From: Octopus sinensis
Taxonomy: Eukaryota
Direction of reading: 5' to 3'
Assembly (NCBI RefSeq): GCF_006345805.1
Contig: NC_043010.1
Span: forward strand, 35,340,001 to 35,404,000
Length of the DNA stretch: 64,000 nucleotides
The position numbers and the translations under genes were made by a program. Below, piece after piece: positions 1-13,339 of the stretch (position 1 is the first letter of the stretch; every line of letters begins with the position of its first letter). The notes below the pieces were generated by a model. That model was not told the origin of the DNA and did not search any database. It saw nothing but the letters and a program-made list of their open reading frames with translations.

Positions 1-1292
1 CGTGACATAATCTGTGTATGTATGTGTGTTTATGTGGAATAGATCCTATGTGTTTACTGTATCAGACTATGCATGTATATCGACACACACATATTCGTGC
101 AGCTGTTTGACCGAAGCCTACCTTGAACCAGTTATAGCCATCTCGGCTTTTAGTATATTTAGAACAATATTTCTAACATCACTTTTTGAGACCATAGAGT
201 GTAATGTGAGAGATATTTGGCTGCTTTTTCTAACGGTTCGAGCGACCACGTAGAGCTCCTTCGTTGGTCCGATGCTAAATAATCTAAGAATGTAGGTGTA
301 CGAAAGTACTAACGAAAAGTATCTATTATTCAATTAATCCCAAATCAGACTTCGCAAAATGTGATGTAATTATAGAATTTACAGATTGTCGCTGAAGCTA
401 CTATTACGTATCCTGGATGACCTGCACAGATTGGTCAGTGATCAAAGCAAAGCTCTTAGGGTCAAAGATAATGATCTAAAAATGTTTTTAATAGCATCTT
501 CGAACACGCAAGCACCCTCGGATGGCAAAAAAACAGTCAACCTGTCAAGTGATGAAAATTCAAATAGCCTTAAACAAACTTGAATTTCGCGGGCTATACT
601 TAACTGAAGATAAGCGAAAGCTCACTGACCATAAAGATCAAAGAAAGCTGGACGGAAGGAAGAAAGAAAGAATGGAAGGAAGTTGAAAGGAAATGAAGTT
701 TTTAGTATAAGCAGAATAACAGCAATTTAAAAGAGTCGATTAGAAGAAGCAAGCGCTTCCAGTGCTTCACTCGTACTTTATTTTATTGATTCTGGATGGA
801 TGTACGGCAAAGTTAACTTCAGCGGGATTTGAAATCAGAACATAAAGAACCGGAAGAAATGCTGCAATGCCTTTTGTTCGACGCTCTAAAGATTCTGCCA
901 ATTCCTTGGCTCTGCAGGTGACAAGTAATGAAAGATAACGGTGTCAACTTGGAGATAAGTTCAACTCTTACTTGTAGTTGTTTAGCTCCGGCAGCCCAGC
1001 AATGAGCATTCCGTCCTTTTGTATATCTCGAATTATTACATTGATAAAGTATCCCTCTTGATCAAAGGCGTAACGTAGGTTTTGGCCATTCACTTCCTTA
1101 AATGCAATATACCTATACACACGTATATAAAGTAAGTACCTATAAAGTGGCTACCCTGTAGGGTCTGTACACTCTGCTAAACCAACGCTACAACACTCGT
1201 CCTGAGTTAAGAGAATTTGGTTGCTATTTCTAGTAAGTCGGGCGACCACATAAGACCTTCTTTGCTGTCACCTCTGTAATGTGAACCTGGGC

Positions 1293-1548
1293 CAGTGGTT
1301 CCCAACCATTTTTCTTGCCTATGGACCACTTTGATTCCTTTTTTACTCTACTCAACTTTCATAGCTATTTGATGTGTATACAAAAACATCCTGCTGTATT
1401 TTTATAATTAAATATGATTAAGAATTGTATTAAAAAAATTTTATTTTGTGTAGTGTACAAGTACAAGCAATTTATTGCACATAAACTTTAACAACAAAAT
1501 TTTATATGGACACCCAAGGGCTATATGGACCCTAGTTGAGAACCCCTG
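1293..1548. mobile_element. hAT/Charlie-like MITE (~255 bp)
   Basis: Imperfect terminal inverted repeats CAGTGGTTCCCAAC / GTTGAGAACCCCTG; a related copy lies at 59953-60283; no coding capacity. Confidence 0.65.
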
Positions 1549-4329
1549 ATCTAGGTATTAGCTAAATATGCTACAAGTTAGCGCCTCAAAATAATGAAAA
1601 CGTTTTCAATTATTGTAAGAAACTGTGGTATAATTTTTTGACGAAGGGTTTCAATGTTTTACGTAACTTAGGACTTCTCCAAGTCTAAATCAGTTCTTAC
1701 AAACTCCATAGATGAAGATACAATTCACTAGAATGGTTTCAGATTGCCTTCTGAAAACCAACAAAAGAGCTTGCAAGCAGCTGGAACACTATACAACATT
1801 GTGTACATGCTTTACACGTTCATTTAAAGGCGCTGAGTAGGCAGAATAGTTAAAGTGTTTGGGGGAAAATATCTTGCTGTTTTTTACGTTCTCAGTTCAG
1901 ATCTCACCGAGGTCAACTTTCATCCTTTCGAAGTCAGTCGAATGCAGAAGCCAATAGTATCGACTAACCCTCTCACTTCAAAATTGCTGGCATTATATCT
2001 AAATCAGAAATAATTATCAAACGCCAGAACAAATTATTTGAAGGCCGACTGGGTTGATGTCTCCCCAGAGAAAAAATTAAAGACAATTGATGAAAGTGTT
2101 CCACCCGTAACCGTCTTTTTTTTTCTTTCGACATTGTATCAAGGACGACATTGCTTTATGAGTTCTCTATTTAAAGGCGGTAGGATATGATTTGAAGATT
2201 TGGAAGTTATTTTTAAATCCATAGTTTAGCAGTTTATCCCAACAGGTAAAACGATATCTCGACGAACCGAAATACGTAGGATATGATCATGGGAGTTTGT
2301 TAATATACTGCAAGACATCTAGACCCAACTAGACTTTCTATTACATTACAGAACTAGATCTCTGAAAATTTGAGACTAACTATGTGCTAAGGAAAAAAAA
2401 AATTGGAAAAAATCAGTGGCCGGAAAATAGCAGCTTGGAAGGATTATAAAGCTGCCACGAAAAAGTATTCTCCAATCTCCATAGGAATCTGTGCCAAACG
2501 TATTGATTTCACGTCGACGGAAAATGGTATTTAACATGTTGCTAAGTGAAAATGTCGGAAGAAGAGAAAAAGTATTACATGACTTGAGCATCTGAACAAA
2601 AAAAAATGCAGAAGAAAAGACTGGGAGGTATTGTGGTTATCAATAAAGGTTTATTGCTGGATAGACATGACACCTGATCCTCCGGTTCGAGAAGACATTA
2701 GGCACAGATGTGGGTGAACAAATGAAACATTCAACCGGATTCTCCATCTTTAGGGGAGAAAGCAAACTTATATAATATTAACACTGGAAACATAAGCCTG
2801 AGTGGTAGGACGTTAAAAATTAACAAATATTTATTTTTTAACCAAGAGGAAAAGCAAAACTCATAACACTGTAAAGGGCACTGATTTCCTTCTGACTACT
2901 AACGAGATACAAAGGAACAACTCTTATTGACTAGGTTACAGACGGTGACACTTTGTAGCATAAAATTCTATTACAAAATAAAACAAATGTGAATATAACA
3001 ATATAAATGTACGTATATATGAATGCATAATGCATATGAATATGTTGAATAGCTTTCATAATATGATGAAATTGTTAATCGTCTTTCAAATACTAGAAAT
3101 AGCTTTAATATTATTAATTAAATGGAAATTATTCTCTTTAATTTTCTCACGTCAAGATACTTGTCTTCCCCATGGCATATAAACTTATTTCCGAACTTGC
3201 GAACATTTCTAGATAATAATTTCTAACTTAGGAACAAGGCCAGCAATTTGAGGGAAGGTGTCAGTCGATTTAAATCGACCCTAGTACTTGACAGGTAGGC
3301 ACTTAATTTTATCGACCCCCAAAGGATGACAGGTATAGATTAACTCAGCGGGATTCTACTTCAGAAGAGTCGAGCGGTTACCACAGTCTAACAACTCTGC
3401 GAGTTCATCGCCCTAACATTACTGAATAATAAATACGTATATTTAAATTCTGTATGAGATGGTTGAAAACTCAATGTGATGGATCCCTGGAGGGAAAGGT
3501 GTTGTGACAATAAAACCTTAAGATTGGGCAGCAAGCTGGCATGGATCGTTGTTGGATCATTGGGAAAATGCTTTGCGGGTTTTTCTTCAACATTCTCATC
3601 TCAAATCACGCCGGATTCAGCTTTGCCTATCATCTCTCCAAAGTCGATAAAATAAAGTGTCAGTCAAGTATTGGACTTGGTGGTATCGACTAGCCCCCTC
3701 CCCTCAAAACTGATGGCCTTGTGCGTAAATTAAAAACTGTTATATAACCACAGGTCAGGCAGACCTATGATCAATACCTTTCCTGCAAGAACCATACTGT
3801 AATTTTTCTGTGAGATGTGGATTATGAGAGTATCTCTGAATCCCATCTTACCGGTGGGATTCGCAGGTTCCTTGGCTGCTATTTCTAGCAGATCGAGTAA
3901 CCACCAAGGAGTTCCTTGTGGACTAGGGTGGAGTACTGGAGACGTTGGGTGCAGAGCGTTTAGTACAGATTTCTAGGAGGTTGTTCAGAGAAACTATAAG
4001 GAGTAAAAGTGAATCCTTCATGTGGTACACAACTTAGAAGTTCGAAAGAATAAAATCGGTCCAAAAGAGGCAACATGTTCGTCTTTCAGATGCTTTTTGA
4101 TTTAATTTTATATGTGCGGTCGCTAAGTAAAGCTGTACAGCCTAATATTTGTCACGTTTGTGGAGGGTTTTGGTCGACTTGTTCGTAAAAAAAAAAAGTG
4201 CGCAATATGTATATGTAAGTTTGTATGCATACGCGCGCTTGCGTGCGTGTATGTTCTTGGTTTATTTTTCGATCTTCTGAGAGAGAGCAAAAATACATAA
4301 CGACACACACATACAGACATAAACCAGCC

Positions 4330-4750
4330 ATACATACCTATACCTATTTCATTATTACCCACAAGGGGCTAAACATAGAGGGGACAAACAAGGACAGACA
4401 TAGGTATTAAGTCGATAACATCGACCCCAGCGCGTAACTGGTACTTAACTTATCGATCCCGAAAGGATGCAAGGCAAAGTCGACCTCGGCGGAATTAGAA
4501 CTCACAACGTAACGGCAGACGAAATACCTATTTCTTTACTACCCACAAGGGACTAAACACAGAGAGGACAAACAAGGACAGACAAACGGATTTAGTCCAT
4601 AATATCGACCCCAGTGCTTAACTGGTACTTATTTAATCGACCCCGAAAGAATGAAAGGCAAAGTCGACCTCGGCGGAATTTGAACTCAGAACGTAGCGGC
4701 AGACGAAATTTCGCCCGGCGTGCTAACCTTTCTGCCAGCTCGCCGCCTTA
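4330..4750 (-). mobile_element. Two tandem copies of tRNA-derived SINE family A
   Basis: Repeated block TCGACCCCAG..ACTGGTACTT..GAAAGGATG.AAGGCAAAGTCGACCTCGGCGGAATT.GAACTC. On the minus strand the head has A-box-like GGCGAGCTGGCAGAA and B-box GAGTTCAAATTCC. Further copies at ~770-911, 1827-2020, 3220-3415 and 3528-3745. Confidence 0.75.
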
Positions 4751-5910
4751 CACATACCTATACCTGTCATACATAACTGTGCGGATGTGTGTATGCGTGA
4801 GGGGTATACATGTGTGTATGTATGAGCGGTATACATAAATGTGTATGCTTATATAGATGTGTGTATATGTATGAATATGCGAGTTGTAGAGCAGGAGCAG
4901 GTGTGTGAGAGACATATGTTAATCTATTGTGGAAGAAAAACAAAAGGGTAAATTGAAAGAAATATTAGCAAACGAGAGGTGAAAACAAAAAGAAAAAACG
5001 AAACAAAAGACAGAATAAAACAAAAAGAAACACTTTAAAAAATGTCGCAGTCGTTGTGCCTGGTTATGGACAGTATAGTGAACAGATGGTGTGGTCAGTT
5101 TAAGCATATAACCCATCTGTTTAAGTGGAAAAACATACAGGCCAAGTGGATCAAAAGGGGAGAGGGGAAGGGAGAGAAGAAAGAAGTAAAGAAAGGAAAG
5201 AAAGAAGTGAATGAAGGGGACAGAAGGTAAGACAAAGGAAATAGAGTAGGGTTTTTGTGAAGGCCAGTAATTTCGCCCTGCCTTTATGATATTATGAGGA
5301 TAGGATAGATTCTGAAAACACACACAGAAAAAATCTCTTCTAACAGAATGCGTATTCAGAAATATCCAAGCTGTAATGAGAGGACACAGGTGACTGACAT
5401 CAAAGCTAGAATTTAGGAGAAAGGAATATAGAAGGCGTAAACAGTGACAGAGGCTTAGTGAGTGGGGGTGGAGTGGAGTGGAACTACTTGTGAAGATAAG
5501 GTCTTTATGAACCCGACAGGTTCCAGTCAAGATACACCCAGTGATGTAGCATAGGGTTTGCAAACCCCAAAAGACGACCACTTTTTATGTGTATTTGCAG
5601 TAATCGAAGGTTCAAAGAAAATACTGACCTAGTTGGCTACGGAACAGGGCGGTCATAACCCATGCTACACCACTGCAAGGTAGTTAATACCAAACAATGA
5701 ACATCCTGAAAAGTAGTTCCATGGTTTGCATCTCGACGTATGCCAGTGAACATGGTTATGTATGATGTGGGCAATAAGCCTTACAGGTTAGTGATTTGTG
5801 TAAAAGAACCAATAGGAGTTCAAATCCCCTAGAGATCAAACTTTGTCCTTTATACCTCAGGAGTCGATAAAGTAAAGGACCAGCCAAGAACTGTAATCGT
5901 TGTTATAGAC

Positions 5911-6219
5911 CAGGCCTGGCCAACTGGAATTACATTGCTGGCCACTTTAATCACAGAAAGTTTTTTGAGGGCTGCTTGGATACTAACAGAATTGAAAGCA
6001 TTTTGCTTACTCATGCTATTATTACAATAATGAATGAATGATTGCTGATTCAACATAAAATATTATCATTGTGAAAACAGTAGTATCTTTCTTCTTTACA
6101 TTTTCCTTACAATCTTTAATTTTTGATAAATATTTTTAAGTGTTTGTTTAAATAAACCCATTTCAAGAAAGTCTGCTGGGGCTGCATGCTACCTGCGGGC
6201 CTTAGATTGGCCAGCCCTC
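5911..6219. mobile_element. hAT-like MITE
   Basis: Terminal inverted repeats CAGGCCTGGCCAA / TTGGCCAGCCCTC enclosing AT-rich non-coding sequence. Confidence 0.5.
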
Positions 6220-7038
6220 CATCTTCCCCGGTATAGACTAACACCCTATTCTGAAAATTGTCATCCTTCAACCTAAATCTGAAACTATTACTTTAGGACC
6301 CATAACTGCATGTTAATGTCTATATGTATATATCTGTTTGCGTATATACAAGTGTGTGTGTGTTTGAGAAACCTTAACTATATCCATCTTCTTCCCCTCT
6401 CTTTTGCATGTACGAGCTACCTATTTTACTTGACAGCGCTTGACCTTTGTTTTACTATACTATCCGGCTCTTCCAACTCTCCATTGAAAGCTTTGTATTT
6501 CCAATCTCTCTCTCTATATATATATATCTATCTATCTTCCAGGGTTTTTCAATTTCATTGCTACTCACATAGAATAAACAGTAGTTTCACTTTCGTGTTT
6601 GTTTTTTGTCTTCCTCTAGAATCACAAGCTGACAGTTTTAACAAATGTGCTTTTAAAGTTACTGATGAATATGACATAACTGTTGATTTTTTCCTTTAAA
6701 TATGCAGACAAATTTTCTGAATGTGAGTTCAAATGAGTCATAGCCAAATGTTTTTTTTAACAAGAAATCAGCTGCAAATTAGGTTCCCATCGATAATGCC
6801 ACAAAAAAAAAACAAAAAAAAAACTAACTTTCCCCACACAATCAAGATTTATTCCAATTAAACTGATTCCATCAAACCTGCAGATCTAGATCTTTGCAGG
6901 GAGAAAGAGTTCTTCAGTGCTATTGAAACCAGGTGGTTCATGGTTCCAGTGGTGTCCTCAACAGGAAATCGATTTTGAATTCTATATCTCAATAAATTCC
7001 AAATATGTTGTGCAAACGTATCAATATATGTTTTGGTT

Positions 7039-7255
7039 AAGGCAGTGAACTGGCAGAATCGTTAGCATACAGGACAAAATGCTTAGCAGCATTTCATCTG
7101 TCCACACATTCTGAGCTCAAGTTCCACTGAGGTCAACTTTATCTTTCATCCTTTTGGAGTCGATAAAATAAGTATCAGTTAGGCACTGTGGTCAATTTAA
7201 TCGACTTTTCCCCACACAAAATTGCTGGTCTTTTGCCAAAAATTTGAGACAAATA
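7039..7255 (+). mobile_element. tRNA-derived SINE family A
   Basis: GGCAGTGAACTGGCAGAATCGTTAGC...TTCTGAGCTCAAGTTCC...GGAGTCGATAAAATAAGTA; same family as 4330-4750. Confidence 0.7.
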
Positions 7256-8219
7256 TTTAATTTGATGCAGTAAAAAAAACAGTCCCAATGAGGTTGCACA
7301 ATTCCAGCAAGGTCAACAACAATGCTTTCTCAACTTTTCTATTCATTAAGATATCCCTGCATTCAACAATTTCCTATCCACTTGAAAGATTGGTCAATAG
7401 GTTTACATCACTAAAGTAACTGCTATTCGTAGAGCAAACACAAAATCCAAAGGACATGAAGCCTACAACCTTTTCCAAGCTTTATCCCTTTCAGAAAAAG
7501 AAACATTACAGCACCATATACACACACACATTTGTTCTTACATTTGTTTCATTCGTTGGATTGTGGTCACTAAATCTATTGGCCTATTTCTTGCTTATTT
7601 GCCAAGCCACTAAAATACAGAGACATAAACAAACCAACATTGGTTGTCAAGCAGCAAAAGACAAAGATCTGCACACACACAGACACCACGGGCTTCTAAA
7701 CAGTTTCCTTCTACCAATTTCACTCACAATGTATTGATAATCCCAAAGCTATCTACATGTATATACATATGTACATGCATGTGTGCGTGCATGTGTGTAT
7801 GATGATGATGTACATTCATGTGAATAGATATGCATATATACATACATATACAAATATACATATATATATATTCTTATACACACACACACGTGTGTATGTG
7901 TGTGTGTGTGTGTGTGTCATCATTGCATGTCAGTTTCTCATGCAAGCATGGTTTGGATGGGTTTCATGGTCCAAATCCTCTCTTATTCAAAGTTACTGCC
8001 CTCCTAAGCATGTTAAACGACCACATCTCACTCTCACATTTCCCATTTTGGGTCTAGTTTCTGTAGCTGGATGCTCTTCCCATCACCAACAACTTTACAA
8101 AGTGTACATGATACATTCTATCACAACCCTAGCATTGAAGAGGGCATCATGTCCTTAACAAGAACAAAGAGTCCTCTGGACTATGTTGTTTTCACTCATC
8201 ACTAATCCCCTTACCTAGT

Positions 8220-8560
8220 ATTTAAGACCCCCTTCAGTCATGACTGAATGACCATGGGACTACACCTAGAAAGTTACCCTCCAAGACACAAGTCCATTCA
8301 AGGTTGTTTATGGAAGACCAGCAGTCACCCATGCATACCAGCCTTTCCTCTCCGCGCCACTGATGTTATCTAAGGAAAAGGCAAAGGCCATTACAAACTG
8401 GCACCAGTGATGTTGCAAGTGATTTTTACAGTGAGTGAAATGAAGCAACATGAAATAAAGTGTCTTGCTCAAGAACACAACATACAGCCCAGTCCAGGAA
8501 TTGAACTCACTACAGCATGATTGTGAATCGATGCTCTAACCACTGAGCCATGCACCTTCC
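8220..8560 (-). mobile_element. tRNA-derived SINE family C
   Basis: Minus-strand head GCATGGCTCAGTGGTTAGAGCATCG...GAGTTCAATTCC; body shared with 45299-45603 and 62930-63100. Confidence 0.65.
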
Positions 8561-8759
8561 AAATGTAATGGGTGCATTTTCTCACTGCACCCCACCACCC
8601 AACAGTAATGAGTTAGCCTTCTATCTTGTAAAACTATAGAAGCCTCTCTACATTATGTTGTGTCTTGTCCATTCATCCAATGCAACTTAAATAATAGTAG
8701 ACAGGAGAAACTAGGTTGTGTGGGTGAAAGTAGAGAAGTATATGAGGGTAAAGTGAGAG

Positions 8760-8986
8760 TTAACCCTTTTGATACCATATTTCCGTTGAGATGCTCAGTG
8801 TTTCTTTCAATTACTTTAAATATAACAAATAATTTGTAAAATAACTTAGTTATCATTAAGCTAGTGTTAGGAACATAAACTGTGACTAAGGTTTGGTGAG
8901 AGATTTTAATTCAAAACTCATGGAAACAAGACTTTTGTACTCAGAGCCAAAGCTGGTTTCAGCCAGGTTGGTAACAAAAGGGTTAA
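8760..8986. mobile_element. piggyBac-like MITE
   Basis: TTAA at both ends (8760-8763, 8983-8986); TIR CCCTTTTGATACC vs revcomp CCCTTTTGTTACC (12/13 match). Confidence 0.7.
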
Positions 8987-9224
8987 GGGAGTGATGGGAT
9001 GGGGGAGGAGAGAGGGAATGCTAACTCCTAATGCAGAAAGGATGATGGTGGTAGGTGTGGTTGAGTACAGATAGGTCCAGCACCATCCCACATTATACAA
9101 GCAGCATGACCTACTGAGAGGAGAGCAGCTGAGGGCTAGAAAAACTAGAGGGTCAGACAGGTGCAACAACATCCCTACATATGTAACATGACACAGTGAT
9201 TGGAAAAATTCACTGCTGTCCAGT

Positions 9225-9452
9225 GTATTTGAGTTAATCCTTTCTACTATAGACACAAGGCCTGGAATTTTGGAGAAGGGGGTAAGTCGATTACATCAAC
9301 CCCAGTACTCAACTGGTACTTAATTTACAGACTCCAAAAGGATAAAAGGCAAAGTCAACTTTGGTGGAAATTTGAACTCAGAACGTGACGGCAGACGAAA
9401 TGCCGCTAAGCATTTTGACTAGCGTGCTAACAATTCTGCCAGCTCACTGCTG
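9225..9452 (-). mobile_element. tRNA-derived SINE family A
   Basis: Full-length family-A body ending in AATTCTGCCAGCTCACTGC on the plus strand. Confidence 0.7.
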
Positions 9453-10279
9453 AACTGAATTAATGAGAGCAAAGAGAGGGCAAGAGTGGTAGAGAGATGA
9501 GAGGGTATCAAGAAGCTGGATAGTCAATAGACGTAGACTCAACTGGAACATATTAAACAAGGGACTTTAGCCTTCACATTATTCTGTTTAAAGTAATGCT
9601 TATTTATTCACACTGTTTTGAATTAAACATGCATTATATTGTAGCTTTGAAATTTTGATGAGGTAACTATTAATTTTTAGAATGATATTGTAGGGCTGTT
9701 GTGAGAGGCTAGATTTGGACAATTTGAACATAAAAACAAGCTATTTTGACCGGATATGGCTGATCTAAATACTAAAGAGTTAAACATAATACCTCTCAAC
9801 TGCTGTCACTACTATCAATTCAATGTTTGTTTCACTAAGCTTGCATAGCTGGGTAGGTCCTCTCAAGCACTGGGTGTTGCCTATCATTGCAGTGTCCTGT
9901 CATTCACTCCATGAAATTAAATATCTTGAGATTAGATTTCATCACTTCATCCCGTGTCTCCTTGGATCTCCTTATTCTACAGGTTCCATCTACTTTGAGC
10001 TTCTCCACTACTACTACTACCACCACATCTTTATAAATCTGTCGTCATTCATAGGCATTACATGTCCATGGTACACTACATCTGATTCTGTTTACACAGT
10101 TTTTTTCTATCAGCTCCTTTGTACTCCATCATTCATGCACATTAACATTACACATCCAGTGAAAGTATGCATGCTTCATTTCTTTCTAGCCTTCCACAAA
10201 TCCTCAGCATTCAGTAGCCATGTAACACTGCATTTTGCACACAGGCATCATATCATCTCACCTTCACTATGAGAAACCT

Positions 10280-11070
10280 TTTGTTACCAGTAGAGGCTAT
10301 TAGCTCTCTGAACTTCTCCGGCTACTAAGCTTTGGGAGCACCCATCTACACTGCTAATTATGTCACTTAAATCATAGAAGTTACCAATTATTTCTAGGAA
10401 ACAATTCAAATTATTTGAGAAAATCTATTTCCTATGTGCTCTTAGTACTTACTGTTCTTGAGAATTTACCACATTTAAATCCTACCTTTCTAATTAGCTT
10501 GTCTCTGATTCCACAACAAATCTTACGTGTCTAATGGAATTTCCACCTATTCCCTTTCTGCATATTAAATATAGCCTTTACCCTGAAGGTACCAGAATGC
10601 AGTCATCCTTTCCACTTACTAATACTTATAACTTTGCTAAGTTCACTTCAAGGCCTCTTGATCCTACATTCTGCTTCCACATCTTCCTATTTCTTCCTAC
10701 TTCTACTATAGATTCAGCTTAAAGAACTAGGTTATCTGCATATAGGATATTCCTTTTTGGCCTAGATAACTGTGATAAATAAACAGTAACTAAGAACAGA
10801 GCCCTGGTGAAGACCAGCTTTCACAATTCATTGCTCTACTCATTACTACTTTCACATCATTGATGGCACATTAGTACACAGCATGCATGTCCTTTATAAA
10901 ATGTTTATCTACTCCAAGACTACAGATCATGGGAGGGACTCTGTCAAAGGCCTACTGTATGTCAACAAATGGTAGCTAAGATCTTCTCTCACAGATGTCT
11001 TATTAAGAGTACATCAGAGGTACCCTTTTCCTGTACAAAGCAGAACTTCATTTGATCAACTCTATTCCTA
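10280..11070 (-). pseudogene. Decayed RTE-like LINE reverse transcriptase fragment
   Basis: Minus-strand translation gives FVDIQ*AFDRVP, GLHQGSVLS and ADNLVL*AES...WKQNVGSRGLEVNLAK, with stops and frameshifts. Boundaries approximate. Confidence 0.75.
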
Positions 11071-11326
11071 ATAAGTTTTTCAGAAAAAATAGCTATGTGG
11101 TATATTTGAATGTGAAAGATTGTGTAGAAACATAAGGCATGCCATATAAGCTTGTCAGTTTATAGCGTTGTCACAGCATGAAACTAATAACTCAAATTTA
11201 AATGTTGAGCATATTAAATAATATATACAGGGGAGCAAAAAGTCATGAAAAGTTATGATATTTTAATAACTTTTTAAAATTACTTTTCTTTTAATTTAGA
11301 TGTAATGTTTTACATCTAAATATATA

Positions 11327-11368
<42 letters not shown>

Positions 11369-11768
11369 CGTGCAGGAGTGGCTGTGTGGTAAGTAGCTCA
11401 CTTACCAACCACATGTTCCGGGTTCAGTCCCACTGTGTGGCACCTTGGGCAAGTGTCTTCTACTATAGCCTCGGGCCAACCAAGGACTTGTGACTGGATT
11501 TGGCAGATGGAAACTGAAAGAAGCCATCATGTATATATATGTGTGTGTGTGTGTTTGTGTGTCTGTGTTTGTCCCCCACCCCACCATCAATTGACAACTG
11601 ATGTTGGTGTGTTTAAGTCCGTAACTTAGCAGTTTGGCAAAAGAGGCCGATAGAATAAGTACTAGGCTTACAAAGAATAAGTTCTGGGGTAGATTTGTTT
11701 GACTAAAAAGGCAGTTCTCCAGCATGGCTGCAGTCAAATGACTGAAACAAGTAAAAGAATAAAAGAAT
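11369..11768 (+). mobile_element. tRNA-derived SINE family B with internal microsatellite
   Basis: GCAGGAGTGGCTGTGTGGTAAG...CGGGTTCAGTCCCAC head, internal (TA/TG)n, 3' tail GTAAAAGAAT repeats. Confidence 0.8.
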
Positions 11769-12370
11769 ATATATTTCGTTTTTGGATTTGGCTTGCAAGA
11801 TTCTTTATGTGAGTTCGTGTGTTGAAGCATAGTCTTTTCAAGAGTCAAGACTACTGAAAAGGTTGCAAGACGCAATGAAAATTTTAAGAAAATGAAAATG
11901 AGAAATAATTGGAAATTTTACCGGTGAGTGTGTTAAATTATAAGACACAAAAAAAAAATGACTCTCCCCAGACACAACAGTATATATATATGTTTATATA
12001 GATATATTATGTTTGTATATATATGTTTCCTATATATATATATATATATATAGGATCTATTCTTAGTTTTAACAAAATTAATTAATTAATTAAAATTATT
12101 AATTATTAATTAATTAATTAATTAAAAAAACTGTGACTGAGATTGAATAGGTCCACATGTATATATATTTGTATATATATATATATTTGTGTGTGTAGCA
12201 TCTTGTTTTGGCTACACGCGGGTGGGAAGGGGCTGGTGACACAATATTTTCATTCACACTTTGAATTTGGTGATACTAGTTGCGGATTCTAGCTCGCTCT
12301 GACACTGAGTTGACTTGGTGCCTTCTAGTATCTCAAAATTCAATATATAATCATTTATGATTATAGTATT

Positions 12371-12468
12371 CTACGCTGAAGAGAAAAGAAGTTTGGGTAA
12401 GGTAGAATTATTTAATATTTAATTCTTATGCTTTCCTAAAAACTTGATTTCGAAACGTGCGTCCGTAG
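12371..12468 (+). ncRNA. Type I hammerhead ribozyme (Penelope-type, palindromic stem III, extended stem II)
   Basis: Stem I CTACG(12371-75)/CGTAG(12464-68); core CTGAAGA(12376-82); G12383-C12451 closes a ~30-bp imperfect stem II; GAAAC(12452-56)-GTGC-GTC(12461-63), with predicted cleavage after C12463. Folded by eye. Confidence 0.7.
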
Positions 12469-12657
12469 ATAACTTAAAATTGTATGATAGATTGCCGTCA
12501 ATTCATTCTCTCTTACCTGTTTGTGTCTGCCTTCCAATTGCTGTGTTTTTACTGAGATCTCCCTTTTTAGTAGAAGAAATAGCTATAACTCTTTGACTGC
12601 TATTTCTAAATTTGGTCTGTGGTAAGGCAATTCGTTGCTAAACCCTTTATTGCTTAC

Positions 12658-12693
<36 letters not shown>

Positions 12694-12970
12694 ATACACA
12701 CACACATGTATAGATGTTATGCATAAATATATGCAAAATGTGTGTGTATGTGGGTGTGATGCATAAATATGCATGAAATATGTAAGTTATATAGGGAACA
12801 CTTCAAGCTGTCCCTCCTCACAAGTTACAAGGCAATCTTCATGCTACTACCACGAAAAAAAGCACCCAGTACACTTTGCAAAGTAGTTGGTATTAAGAAG
12901 GAAGTTAATCCAGCCTAACAAGCCATGCTCTACATTAGACACTGGAGCACTCCTCCAACTTGTCATTCTG

Positions 12971-13065
12971 TCAAACAATCCAACGTAGAAGCCAAACATT
13001 AAATGATGAATTGTAAATATATATGCATATGTTTACAAGTATATTCATATAAACTTTATACATAC

Positions 13066-13110
<45 letters not shown>

Positions 13111-13298
13111 TATATATATATACAGATGTTACATGTGTGTGTGTGTGTGCGCGCGCACACGTGTATGCATATATATATATACGTATGTGTGTGTGCATAT
13201 GTATATATACATATATAAAGATATGCATGTGTGTATATACAATAAGTATGTATGTGTATATGTATATATACACACACACACATGTATGCATATATTAG

Positions 13299-13339
<41 letters not shown>

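Noticed and set aside
386-650. 65-aa plus-strand ORF and a minus-strand polypyrimidine acceptor at ~648
   Set aside because: No recognisable motif; all minus-strand phases stop within 16 codons.
6856-7040. ~60-codon minus-strand open frame (..HIWNLLRYRIQNRFP..)
   Set aside because: No start or convincing splice sites; possibly an old TE fragment cut by a SINE.
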